Part shown: positions 48,554 through 58,471 of the stretch, in pieces | Layout of the letters: each line of letters begins with the position of its first letter | Numbering within the stretch: the first letter of the stretch is position 1 | Assembly (NCBI GenBank): GCA_963810275.1 | Contig: CAWENF010000021.1 | Coordinates: 32,001-96,000 of the forward strand | Direction of reading: 5' to 3' | Length of the DNA: 64,000 nt | Origin: an uncultured archaeon | GTDB lineage: Archaea; Thermoproteota; Bathyarchaeia; Bathyarchaeales; Bathycorpusculaceae | Made by a program: the position numbers and the translations under genes | Notes under the pieces: generated by a model | Database searches by the model: none | Seen by the model: only the letters and a program-made list of their open reading frames with translations | Told to the model about the DNA's origin: nothing

Positions 48554-50110
48554 TCATTTTTTATGAAATTTTGCAATCTCTTTGGAAATCAGCAGTTCGT
48601 CGATATGGAGCATCAACGATGAAACTTCGTATGCACGTCTCACAATAGAACGTAAAACTGCAATAGACTGAGTGCAAACGCCTTCGGTGCATCCCTGCAC
48701 ACCAACACCATAGCTTGCCAAACCGCTATCATGAAGTTGACGTAGTTTTATGAGTATTTCTGTAGAATTTAAGCCATAGTTTTCAGCGAGACATCGAGGT
48801 ATATCAATCAATGCTTCAGCAAAGGCTTCTATAGCCAACTGATGCCTGTTTGGAATAGTCAATGCATAGCGATGAAGTTCTTGAGCTATCATAATTTCAA
48901 CTGCTCCAGCACCTGGCAAAAACTTAGGCTCTTTGTCAGAAAGCTTCAGAGTTATCAAACTATTTTTTATAGCAACTTCAAGCTCATCAAGAATACAGCG
49001 GGTATTTGCCCTTAACAAAAACGTGGCACCGCCACAGCCTTGAAAAGTAACAGTTTTTTCCAGATCTAACTTATCCACAGACAACGCTTCAGCTTTACCC
49101 ACATCATCTTTAGATAAGTCACTGATTAACGCTAAAACTTTAGCGCCAGTTGCCCTAGCAATGCCTTCTAAATCGTTTTTGGTCACACTTTCAATTGCAA
49201 AGATACCGTTCATTACCAAAGCAGTTTTCTGACGCTCTTCGATAGGCTGCGCAGAGACCAAAACATTGATTTTATGCTTGACAAGCACCTTCAAGTAACT
49301 ATTTTCTAATTTTTCTGTTACCTGATTTAATTGTTGAATTTGTTGATGATTTGTTATGTTAACCTGGATAGGAATGGGTCCTTCTCGCCGCATTTTAAGC
49401 TCCAAACGATTTATGCCTAAATGCCCACTGGTAACGGCAACTCGTAGATCTTTAACGTGATTAGGCATGTTTGGGTGAGCCTTATCCTTTCTTATAATAA
49501 TACCATCGATCAAAGTTGATTCTTGAGCACAGCAACCGATTTTTTTTATAAAACCTACATTATCGATGTCGAAGCTTCCGTTAGAGAAACTTCGGGTATA
49601 TGCTCGTCTAATCATCAAACGTAGTTTTGGCGTCAGAAGGTTTCTGCCACAATCTATAGAATCTAAAACATCACCGTCGCAACCTATTGATTTTGATTGC
49701 ATTTCCATAATTTCAGTGGCTTTTTTTGCCGCCAAACTATACCCTTCAACAATTGTATTGGGGTGTAATCCCATTGCGGATAGAGTGTCAGCCTGTTTTA
49801 GCAGAGCTGAAAGAAAAACTACAAAGCAGGCGGCGCCATCCCCGATTTCATTTCTCTGCATCTTTGCTGATTCCGCAACAATAATAGCGGGGGGATAATT
49901 AATAGCAAGTTCGTCTAAAATAGCAATTGAATCTTTTGTAACTTTTACTACTTGCTCTGGGCCACGGTTGTAGGTTACAAGCTTGTATGCACCTGTTGGT
50001 CCTATTGTGCTTCTTATTTTATCTGAAGCAAATATGGCTTGTTGAAGGTTTTGGGTCCATGCCTCTTTTGCGTTAAATCTGTTATAATTGGAAGAAATTA
50101 CTCGCTCCAT
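48554..50110 (-). CDS. Divergent group II chaperonin (thermosome-like)
   Basis: RSTIGP.G, VTKD, GDGAAC, PGAGAVE, IPRCLAEN. Confidence 0.85.
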   Translation of the reverse strand: MERVISSNYNRFNAKEAWTQNLQQAIFASDKIRSTIGPTGAYKLVTYNRGPEQVVKVTKDSIAILDELAINYPPAIIVAESAKMQRNEIGDGAACFVVFLSALLKQADTLSAMGLHPNTIVEGYSLAAKKATEIMEMQSKSIGCDGDVLDSIDCGRNLLTPKLRLMIRRAYTRSFSNGSFDIDNVGFIKKIGCCAQESTLIDGIIIRKDKAHPNMPNHVKDLRVAVTSGHLGINRLELKMRREGPIPIQVNITNHQQIQQLNQVTEKLENSYLKVLVKHKINVLVSAQPIEERQKTALVMNGIFAIESVTKNDLEGIARATGAKVLALISDLSKDDVGKAEALSVDKLDLEKTVTFQGCGGATFLLRANTRCILDELEVAIKNSLITLKLSDKEPKFLPGAGAVEIMIAQELHRYALTIPNRHQLAIEAFAEALIDIPRCLAENYGLNSTEILIKLRQLHDSGLASYGVGVQGCTEGVCTQSIAVLRSIVRRAYEVSSLMLHIDELLISKEIAKFHKK

Positions 50111-50499
50111 ATTCTATCAGCTTAGAATTTATAGATATACCAAGAGAGGGTTGTATTGGTTCCAAATAAGGTTACGTGACTACACAAATACAACTACAGA
50201 AACAGAGAAACAGGAAAAATCAGAGTTTCATAGATTAAAGAGGAATTGTCGTTTCAAAAATATAATACAAACGGCGAAAGAAAAAAATGATCACACCTCT
50301 TTAATTTAAGTCAGCAATTGATTGAGTACCTTAAAAATTTAAGGCTTAACGCTATACCCTTGTCTCACATTTCTGAGGAGACTAAGGTCTATACATAGTG
50401 ACTGTTCTAAACGCAACAATATCAATAATAGCAAACTTTCAAGGAAGGGAAAAAATAATTCTCCAAATGATACTGAGCTGCTAAGAAGCAAATAATATC

Positions 50500-51420
50500 C
50501 TATGCCAAGCTTTTGCCTATTATTAAACCTAAAATAAAACTAAATAGTGGTGCTACTATCCAGCCCACTACAATAGTGATAAATGGTTTTAGAGACATAA
50601 ATCGGCTCTTATACGTTAATCCTGCCCCAAAAACCGCTGCTGAGAGTGTCTGAGTATTTGAAAGCGGGATATTAAAAGCTGTAGCTATTTCAACCATTAG
50701 TGTGGACGCCAAGAGAGTAACAGTCGTATTGGGATACCGCATTAAGAAGAGTTCTTGAGAGACTCTTTTAATTTCACCTGCACTAAAATAAAACGAGCCA
50801 ATGAATATGGCAATAACCGCCCCAATTATGGTTGTTAGGCTAACGCTGCCCGTGGCAACTATTAGTCCAAGTGTGTTTGCACCAAGAACATATGCTGAAG
50901 AAAAAGAGAATACTATTATGGCTATTTTGTAGATTTTCAAGCGCTTCCAAATGTGTTTGGATTTTTTAAGGTGGAGGAGTTTTAATGCAAAATACGCAAA
51001 CAAAATAGCCACAACAGGCGCAATAAACCACATCACTACAACGTCAAATATATAACCTTGATTTATCAAACTCCCCCTCGCAATCGATAACCCTGCAAGT
51101 AAACCTGCAAGCGACATGGTATAAGAAAGCGGAACTCTCATAACATCAGCAACTATAAAAATTATTATAGTAACCAGAAGTGATGCTGCTTGAAGTTCTG
51201 GTGTAATATTTGGAAATAGATTTTCAACTGATTTTGTCATGAGTGTTCCTTGAATAAGCAGTCCACTTGTAAATCCAACAGCGCCTAAAAGGATTCCAAA
51301 ATTTTTTCTCAAAATTCTTGAACCTATCGCTGGGCCAACGCATGCCGATAAGTTATTTCCTGAAACTAACATAACCGTTAGAAAGGTTAGCGCGATTAGA
51401 GCAAGCGATATTAATGACAT
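50500..51420 (-). CDS. PiT family inorganic phosphate transporter
   Basis: SGNN and GANT signature repeats; PLSNTQ. Confidence 0.85.
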   Translation of the reverse strand: MSLISLALIALTFLTVMLVSGNNLSACVGPAIGSRILRKNFGILLGAVGFTSGLLIQGTLMTKSVENLFPNITPELQAASLLVTIIIFIVADVMRVPLSYTMSLAGLLAGLSIARGSLINQGYIFDVVVMWFIAPVVAILFAYFALKLLHLKKSKHIWKRLKIYKIAIIVFSFSSAYVLGANTLGLIVATGSVSLTTIIGAVIAIFIGSFYFSAGEIKRVSQELFLMRYPNTTVTLLASTLMVEIATAFNIPLSNTQTLSAAVFGAGLTYKSRFMSLKPFITIVVGWIVAPLFSFILGLIIGKSLA

Positions 51421-51427
51421 TTTTTCC

Positions 51428-52118
51428 TCACTTAAGAATCGACGTAATTATTGAAACAATCAATTGTGAAGCATCCTCGCATGAGTCTAGAATGTCATCG
51501 GATTTATGAAGAACCTCTGAATAATGAAAAAACTGTAAGTACGTCAAATTTGGAGATATTCGGTACAGTTTATCGAAGCCTTGGTCTTTCACTTCGTCGC
51601 CCCTTTTCTTCTAATGCTTCGATTTCTTTAAGTAAACCAGCAGTTTCAGATTCATCGGACGTAGAGAGCATTTCCTTTAATTTTTGAAGAGACATTTGCC
51701 CAAAACTAAATATGTTCTCATATATCGACTCCCAGGCTGCTTCTTGATGTGCCTTAAAATCAATCGAGTGGGTTTCAGACATTCGATTTAGTTCTCTACT
51801 TATATAGTAATGGATATCGATAATATTGTCAGCAATATGGATGCATTCAAGAAAATTATCAATTATATTCGGGCTGATTGCGCCACCTGTAACCTCCTCG
51901 CTTAGTTTAAAAGCCATTTTATCAGATTTTTTTTCTAAAGCACGCACGCATTGCATGTGTGTAGATAACACATGTTCTTCATAGTTTGCCTTGAGCATTT
52001 CATTAATGATGGAATTTGTTTCAAGCGATATATCTATTATCTCTGAGAGTCCTTTGAAAACATTTTTTTCACCAACAACGAGAAGCCCATTCAAAAGTTT
52101 CATAAATAGCATCTCCAA
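51428..52118 (-). CDS. DUF47 (PhoU-like) phosphate transport regulator; frameshift in a G-run near 51600
   Basis: LEKKSD. After the shift the frame continues GDEVKDQGFDKLY...DDILDSCED. Confidence 0.75.
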
Positions 52119-52472
52119 AAAATTGAAACAATCCTGTGTACTATAAACAGAGGTGGTCTTTAAAAATTAGACTTCAAACAAGATCAAAATCAACCAACCT
52201 TCAATTTGGTTGTTTTACAAGTACAGGCATTTCGTGTCTACTGGATAACTTTTATTATTTCAATGTATTAAGTTCTACGTTAAGCGCTAACCCGCCACCT
52301 TTCGAAGTTTTTTTCGCACACATTCATATTTTTGTTGCGATCGATGCAGTGAACCAACAGTACAGAGCAGCGATAAGCAAAGTCGCTTCTCTAATCAGGG
52401 AGAAATGCAAGTCTTCACAGCAAACTGACCGATGAATCTGTCTACAATGAGACGATTGTATTGCTTTTGTTG

Positions 52473-52856
52473 TTATTTTTTGGGTAAGTGTTTTTCAAAG
52501 TCCTCGTCGAAGTGGTCGATTAGGTTCTGTAAGCTCTCTGTAATTTCTTTCACTCGTTCTTTGGCATGCTTTTTGATTAATGCTGGGTCGAGTATGTCGT
52601 AGGTGTGATAGTATCCACCGCCTTTGATAGTTTTGGTTTGCTTGGTAACGAGGTTCAAGCTGACAAGTTTGGATAGGACGCGATGAACTGAACTTCGGTC
52701 TTTTTGGACTTCTGCGGCGATTTGGTCTAGATTTGCGTTTGGGTTTTTGACGACTGTTTGAAGTATTTCTATGTCAGTTGGTTTTAGATTATAGAGGCAT
52801 GTGAGCAAGTCGGTGCAAGATGCGCCTTTTTTTGTGAGCAGGATTATGCTTTCCAT
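52473..52856 (-). CDS. TrmB-like HTH transcriptional regulator
   Basis: CTDLLTCLYNL, DRSSVHRVLSKL, GGYYHTY. Confidence 0.8.
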   Translation of the reverse strand: MESIILLTKKGASCTDLLTCLYNLKPTDIEILQTVVKNPNANLDQIAAEVQKDRSSVHRVLSKLVSLNLVTKQTKTIKGGGYYHTYDILDPALIKKHAKERVKEITESLQNLIDHFDEDFEKHLPKK

Positions 52857-52963
52857 AGGTATGCAATGTGATTTCTAACATATAAACAGTATTGTTTTGT
52901 ATTGGCAATACCGCAAGATATATTTGGCTGGTTGACCCTTATCTTATCAAGGAAGTGCAAGAG

Positions 52964-53071
52964 ATGGAGAAAAAATTAGAATGCCCACGAGGCATCCCAG
53001 AAGAGATGTGTGACCATGCTCCTACCTGCAACGTTTGGAAACTACGAGACGCAGCTAAAAATAAAGCATAA
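52964..53071 (+). CDS. Small Cys/His peptide (35 aa, not in ORF track)
   Basis: MEKKLECPRGIPEEMCDHAPTCNVWKLR, upstream of trxA. Confidence 0.45.
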   Translation: MEKKLECPRGIPEEMCDHAPTCNVWKLRDAAKNKA

Positions 53072-53090
53072 TCACACTTGAGGGACATAT

Positions 53091-53498
53091 ATGTTTGAAG
53101 ATAAAGAGTTAGAACAAATAAAACAAAGAAAAATCCAAAAAATACTAGATCAAGCTGACCACCCAAAACAAATAAACATCCGCCCACTCAGCCTCGCAGA
53201 CGCCAACTTTGAAAATACCATGAAGACCAATCCACTCTTAGTTGTAGATTTCTGGGCGCCTTGGTGCGGACCATGCCGAACGGTCGGACCAGTAATTGAG
53301 CAACTAGCCGCAGAATACGCCGGCAAAGTAACCTTCGCCAAAATGAATGTGGATGAAAACCAAATTATCCCAAGCAGCTTTGCAATAAAGAGCATACCTA
53401 CAATCATCGTTTTCCATAATGGTCGTGAAGTGGAGCGAATAGTTGGGGCATACCCTAAAGCCCACATCGAAGCAACCTTCAAACAATATCTAGTATAA
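53091..53498 (+). CDS. trxA: Thioredoxin
   Basis: DFWAPWCGPC, SIPT. Confidence 0.95.
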   Translation: MFEDKELEQIKQRKIQKILDQADHPKQINIRPLSLADANFENTMKTNPLLVVDFWAPWCGPCRTVGPVIEQLAAEYAGKVTFAKMNVDENQIIPSSFAIKSIPTIIVFHNGREVERIVGAYPKAHIEATFKQYLV

Positions 53499-53516
53499 TA
53501 TATGAGGCTATGAGAC

Positions 53517-54020
53517 ATGACTGAACCAAAAAATGGTCGACCAATTTTTTTCCCTGAGAAACTTGTTCATTGGGGAAATTTTGCTCTTTTTATATGGATT
53601 ATCCTTGATACAGTTGCATTCGCACTCTATAACTTCACAGTGGGACTCGTATTTTTCATACTCACGCTCATCCTGATCTACGGTGTCTTAAATATACTGG
53701 GCTGCCTGCGCCCCTGCTATAACTGCATAAAATGCACCCACGGAATGGGACGCTTAGCAGCATTGTACTTCGGCAGGCGCATCTTTAAAGACTACAGATA
53801 CAACTACAAGCTGCCCGGCGCAATATTTTTCACAATTTATATTGGCGCCTTCCCAGCAGCATTCGCACTTTACTCAACCCTACAAAATTTCACAACAATC
53901 AAAGTAGCGGTGTTTGCGGTACTCTTAGCATTCACTCTATATAGCGCTTTAACATGGCGACCGAAAAAATCTAAACCTGCACAAGCCGCTATCGCTAAGA
54001 CCCTCAATTTCCATCTTTGA
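53517..54020 (+). CDS. Four-TM membrane protein with Cys/His motif (paralog of 28366-28848)
   Basis: EPKNGRPIFFPEKLV and GCLRPCYNCIKCTHG shared with the other copy. Confidence 0.8.
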   Translation: MTEPKNGRPIFFPEKLVHWGNFALFIWIILDTVAFALYNFTVGLVFFILTLILIYGVLNILGCLRPCYNCIKCTHGMGRLAALYFGRRIFKDYRYNYKLPGAIFFTIYIGAFPAAFALYSTLQNFTTIKVAVFAVLLAFTLYSALTWRPKKSKPAQAAIAKTLNFHL

Positions 54021-54197
54021 CAAAAAGGCATCACTAACAATAGCCTGTAAAGAATTTCGAATATCATGCCCAACCATACCTGCAGTTGCATCTATGGCAG
54101 CTAAACGTTCAGAATCTCTGAGCTTGGTTGTTTGCTCATCAACAAGGTTCTCAAGAGTTATAGTATATTCTTGGAGTCTGTCTTTTGCCTCTATCAA
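53990..54197 (-). pseudogene. Histidine kinase fragment (HisKA only)
   Basis: DSERLAAIDATAGMVGHDIRNSLQ with no ATPase domain. Confidence 0.7.
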
Positions 54198-54357
54198 ATG
54201 CCTCTTCGGCTTTTTTTAGACTGACAAAAAGGGTACTAAAAATTGACTGCTTTCACCAACGAAACAAAAAAATCATTTGCTGTAGCTAGTTCACAGTCAC
54301 ACAGCTTTATGAACGCTAAACCAGTTATAATAACTTAGAAAACGGAGAAGGCCATAC

Positions 54358-55065
54358 TTGTTAAAAGATTCGGCAAAAAACACAGCAGTGCTAATAGCTG
54401 CCATGAACGAGGAGAAAGGAGTCGGCTTAACAATCCAAGAAGTCTCAAACCACTTAACCACAAAACACATTTTGGTAATAGATGGCCACAGCAACGACCA
54501 AACACTAGATGTAGCAAAAGCCTTTGGCGCACAAACCCTCTCTCAGACGGGTAAAGGTAAAGGAGACGCAATAGCCCAAGCTATACCCTGGATGGACAAA
54601 AACATCGAGTTTGTAGTCTTAACAGATGCAGACTATACCTATCCAGCCGAATACCTGCCTAAAATGATCGAAATACTAGAAACCTACCCTGAAGTGGGCA
54701 TGGTTTGTGGCAATCGATTGTTTGGCAAAAGAGATAAGGAGGCTCTGCACTCAAAATTTTACTTTGGAAATAGAATGATTGCATTTGCGCATGGTTTTCT
54801 AAATGATATACAATTAGAGGATCCCTTGACTGGGCTGCGAGTTATTCGGGCTCAAATTTTTAGAGACTGGAAGGTAAAATCCAAAGGGTTTGATATTGAG
54901 GTTGAGCTTAACTCTGAGGTTCAAAAACAGGGTTATGAAGCGGTGGAGATTCCGATCAGTTATAGGCCTCGAATAGGGGATAAAAAATTAAAAATCAAAG
55001 ATGGTCTTACTATATTTAAAAGGATACTACTTGAAGCCATGAACTTTACCATTTATGTTGATTAG
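54358..55065 (+). CDS. GT2 glycosyltransferase (DPM synthase-like)
   Basis: IDGHSND, GKG, TDADYTY, FDIEVE. Confidence 0.9.
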   Translation: MLKDSAKNTAVLIAAMNEEKGVGLTIQEVSNHLTTKHILVIDGHSNDQTLDVAKAFGAQTLSQTGKGKGDAIAQAIPWMDKNIEFVVLTDADYTYPAEYLPKMIEILETYPEVGMVCGNRLFGKRDKEALHSKFYFGNRMIAFAHGFLNDIQLEDPLTGLRVIRAQIFRDWKVKSKGFDIEVELNSEVQKQGYEAVEIPISYRPRIGDKKLKIKDGLTIFKRILLEAMNFTIYVD

Positions 55066-55363
55066 ACTGGGTTATGGCGCTCATTTCTAAAAAGATTTGC
55101 TTTATTGTGTTATCTCCTTTTTGTGTTAGTTTGTATTTTCTTTTAGCTCTTTTCGAAGTTATATCCCATTCGGATTTCACTAATTTTTCTTTTTCTAATT
55201 TTGCAAGTTCTCCATAGAGAGTTGAGTGGGGTAATAGGATGTCGTGCTTTTTTTTCAGTGATTTGTTTATTGCATATCCGTGCTTGCTGGTTTCTGGTGT
55301 TTCTTTTATGATATTTAGTAGTACACTTTGGAGTATTGCTCCATGCAAGAATCCTTTTTTCAT
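55046..55363 (-). CDS. PadR family regulator
   Basis: HGYAI, STLYGELAKLE, RKYKLTQKG. Confidence 0.85.
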   Translation of the reverse strand: MKKGFLHGAILQSVLLNIIKETPETSKHGYAINKSLKKKHDILLPHSTLYGELAKLEKEKLVKSEWDITSKRAKRKYKLTQKGDNTIKQIFLEMSAITQSNQHKW

Positions 55364-55764
55364 TTTTCTCCTTCCTCAATATTTACGATATTAACTGATT
55401 TATTAAGTGTGAATATACGATATTAGTGTGAGTGGTAGTCTAACCCCTACAACAACCAACCCCTAAGGAGCACAAAAAACAACTTTACATTAACAAAAAT
55501 AGTCAAAGAAATACAATCTATTTGTATTTTTTTCAAGGTATTGTTGAAGCTCACTGCTTGAGTATATAACAAAAAATGGCATAATCTTTCCCCACGGGAC
55601 AATTTCTTTCTTACTTAAAGAAATATGTAACAAGGCAATCATTTGATTTTTTGTTTAAATAGTCCTCAGAAAATTGCTTGATATGACTGAAGCGGACAAT
55701 TAGCCTATACAAGCAAATTAATAATATCATAAATTACATATATAGATAAAAAGCTATTGAGAGG

Positions 55765-56736
55765 ATGCTAAGGCTGACTAAATCAAGACAATTGGTAATA
55801 GAAACTAAAGCCTTAACCAAAAATTATGGAAGCATAAATGCGCTCGACTCTTTGTACCTTAAAGTTCCGCAAAACTCAATTTTTGGTTTCTTGGGTCCTA
55901 ACGGCGCCGGAAAAACAACTACCATGAAATTACTATTAGGATTAGCCAAGCCATCCTCAGGAACCGGCAGCATATTCGGACTAGACATGGTAAAAAAATC
56001 GATTCAGATTCGACAACGAATAGGATATTTGCCACAATATCCACGCTTCCCAAAACAAAAAACTATCCGAGAAATACTGAAATTTTCTTTAGGATTCTTT
56101 TTTAAAGGTCCAACTGATCAAGCTCGCAAGCAAATCGAAGAAATGCTCAGAATTGTCGATTTAACAGAAAAAGGTGAGAGATATATTGGGAATCTATCAG
56201 GAGGCGAACTACAACGCCTGGGTCTTGCTCAGGCTCAAATAAACGAGCCGGATCTACTAATTCTTGACGAACCAGCAGCGTCACTAGATCCGATCGGCAG
56301 AAATGACGTCCTACAAGTTATGAAGCGCCTAAGTAAAAAATCAACAATTTTCTATTCAACCCATATTTTAGATGACGTACAAAAAGTTAGTGACTCAGTA
56401 GCTATATTAAATCAAGGAAGACTCATGGCGCAAGGTCCAATAGAAAGCCTAATGTCAGCAGAAGAAAAATCGGTATATGAGGTAAAAATAAAGAACGCTT
56501 CCCAAGAATTGTATGAAGAAGTCTCAAACCTAAAATGGGTAACAAATATCAACAAGGTAACTAAAGAACTTCAGGAAAAATGGTTTATTGGAGTAAACAA
56601 TGAAAAAGAAGCCGAAGGTAAGCTGCTAAGATTCCTGCTCAAAGATTCCAAAGTAAATGTTTTAGAATTCAACAAACAAACCTACGAGCTCGAGGATATA
56701 TTCTTGAAATTAATAATGGACGGCAAAAAACCATGA
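55765..56736 (+). CDS. ABC transporter ATP-binding protein
   Basis: GPNGAGKT, LSGGE, ILDEP. Confidence 0.95.
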   Translation: MLRLTKSRQLVIETKALTKNYGSINALDSLYLKVPQNSIFGFLGPNGAGKTTTMKLLLGLAKPSSGTGSIFGLDMVKKSIQIRQRIGYLPQYPRFPKQKTIREILKFSLGFFFKGPTDQARKQIEEMLRIVDLTEKGERYIGNLSGGELQRLGLAQAQINEPDLLILDEPAASLDPIGRNDVLQVMKRLSKKSTIFYSTHILDDVQKVSDSVAILNQGRLMAQGPIESLMSAEEKSVYEVKIKNASQELYEEVSNLKWVTNINKVTKELQEKWFIGVNNEKEAEGKLLRFLLKDSKVNVLEFNKQTYELEDIFLKLIMDGKKP

Positions 56737-57527
56737 CCGAAAACGCTAAGACGATTCAATTAAAATCCGCTTGGAATTCAGGCCTAACTAACTTAGTAAG
56801 CTTTGAAATAGGTCATTGGTGGAAAACCAAGCGTTGGTGGCTGCAAACATTAGTCTGGGTAGCATTGATAGATGGTCCACTGGCTCTAGCAGTCTGGTTG
56901 AGTTCCTCAGAGATAGTTGCGACACAGCAAATAGTCTTTGATCTAACATCTTTAACATCAGTTTATGTAGGCATGGCTAGCTTTTTTGGTCCTTTTGGAA
57001 TAATAATTCTAATGCATGGATCTGTACTTGCAGAAAGACAATCAGGCATAACCTCCTGGATACTATCAAAACCAGTTTCAAGACTCGCATACATAGTTTC
57101 AAAATTTATTGGAAACGCAACAGGAATTCTATTTTCAATAGTCCTAATCCCCGGTATTCTAGCGTACTTAATACTCTCGATTGGGTTTGTTGGTAATTGG
57201 CTGCCTGCCAGTTTCTTAGGTGCTTTGGGATTAATCGCCATTGAAGCGCTATTCTACATTGCACTAACCTTGATGTTGAGCACCGTATTTAAACAACAGA
57301 TTCCAGTATTAGCGGTGGCCATAGGATTTTTCCTTTCTCAGCAATTTATTATCCTGGTTGTCCCAGCAGCTGTTAGTTTCTTGCCTCTTAGCCTTTCGGG
57401 GGTATTATTTACACCTTTAGCACTAACCCAAAAATTGGTTGCAGTCTTTCCTATATTGATAAACTTGCTCTGGATCGGTCTATTGATCTGCTTAGCTATC
57501 TACTGGTTTAAAAAGGAAGAATTCTGA
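56733..57527 (+). CDS. ABC-2 type permease
   Basis: Six TM segments, ERQSG...SKPVSR. Confidence 0.85.
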   Translation: MTENAKTIQLKSAWNSGLTNLVSFEIGHWWKTKRWWLQTLVWVALIDGPLALAVWLSSSEIVATQQIVFDLTSLTSVYVGMASFFGPFGIIILMHGSVLAERQSGITSWILSKPVSRLAYIVSKFIGNATGILFSIVLIPGILAYLILSIGFVGNWLPASFLGALGLIAIEALFYIALTLMLSTVFKQQIPVLAVAIGFFLSQQFIILVVPAAVSFLPLSLSGVLFTPLALTQKLVAVFPILINLLWIGLLICLAIYWFKKEEF

Positions 57528-58068
57528 GCGACCGCATTTCTCTCAAAAATTTTAAAAAAGAGTGTTGTGCTCCGACTTATTGGAAATGAAGCCAATTATC
57601 AGTAGAGCTGTTACTTTGAATGAAGAGGCTTTGTACTTCATTGTAGCTATGGAGAAAATGATGAAATTAAGCCTGATATACTCAAATCAGTAAAGCGGAG
57701 AATTGAGGGTCTCCACACTTATTTTGTCCTTGCTTGATTACTTCCTATATCTATTAATGATTTTCGCCATTCTTAATGGTTTTAAAGAGCAAAACTGAAA
57801 TTTCATGATTAATAATTAGCGTGAGTTTACGTTCCTCAGTTTTAATGTTAACTGTTATATTGGCAGCCCCCGCAAGGAGATTGTTGATAATCGATGGCAA
57901 GCTGAACTATGAAGAACTTGGAGTTACTCAAAAACGCAGTTAAGCTTGTGTGGGAACTCTAAATAGAAATGTCAAAAGTTGTAACATAATAGCAGTAAAG
58001 AGGTAAAAAACCGCTTTTTTTTGCTGGTTCAAGTAGCATCTCGCCCATAAACCTGCTTTCACGTCGAA

Positions 58069-58419
58069 ATGCTTTTACATTTAAAAATAGATTTTATTGA
58101 TGTGACAAATTCTAATTATATCATGGTTCGTGTAATTTCTAATGTGTTAGAATCTCTTCCTGAGGGGGATCACTTCTATATAGAGCTCCAAAAATTGGGG
58201 CTTACAATTGAAGATATACCTTTAAACCTGTACGGTTTCCATGAAGCTCTTAAGAACACCTTTGGAAAACACCATTTCTCTGTTGAAAGCAAAATAATCA
58301 AATTTCTGCATGAAAGTACCAAACAGGGAATCTACGAAGAGGAAGACGCAGCTAAGATTGCCAGCCAACTTATCGGCGTATTTACTAAAGAACACGAAAA
58401 AGAGATAGAGAGCAACTAA
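58069..58419 (+). CDS. Hypothetical protein
   Basis: ORF directly upstream of the CheB-CheR kinase. Confidence 0.5.
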   Translation: MLLHLKIDFIDVTNSNYIMVRVISNVLESLPEGDHFYIELQKLGLTIEDIPLNLYGFHEALKNTFGKHHFSVESKIIKFLHESTKQGIYEEEDAAKIASQLIGVFTKEHEKEIESN

Positions 58420-58471
58420 AAAAGAGTTAAACCATAACTTGGTCAGGCAAAAGGAATTTATTAAGTTATAA

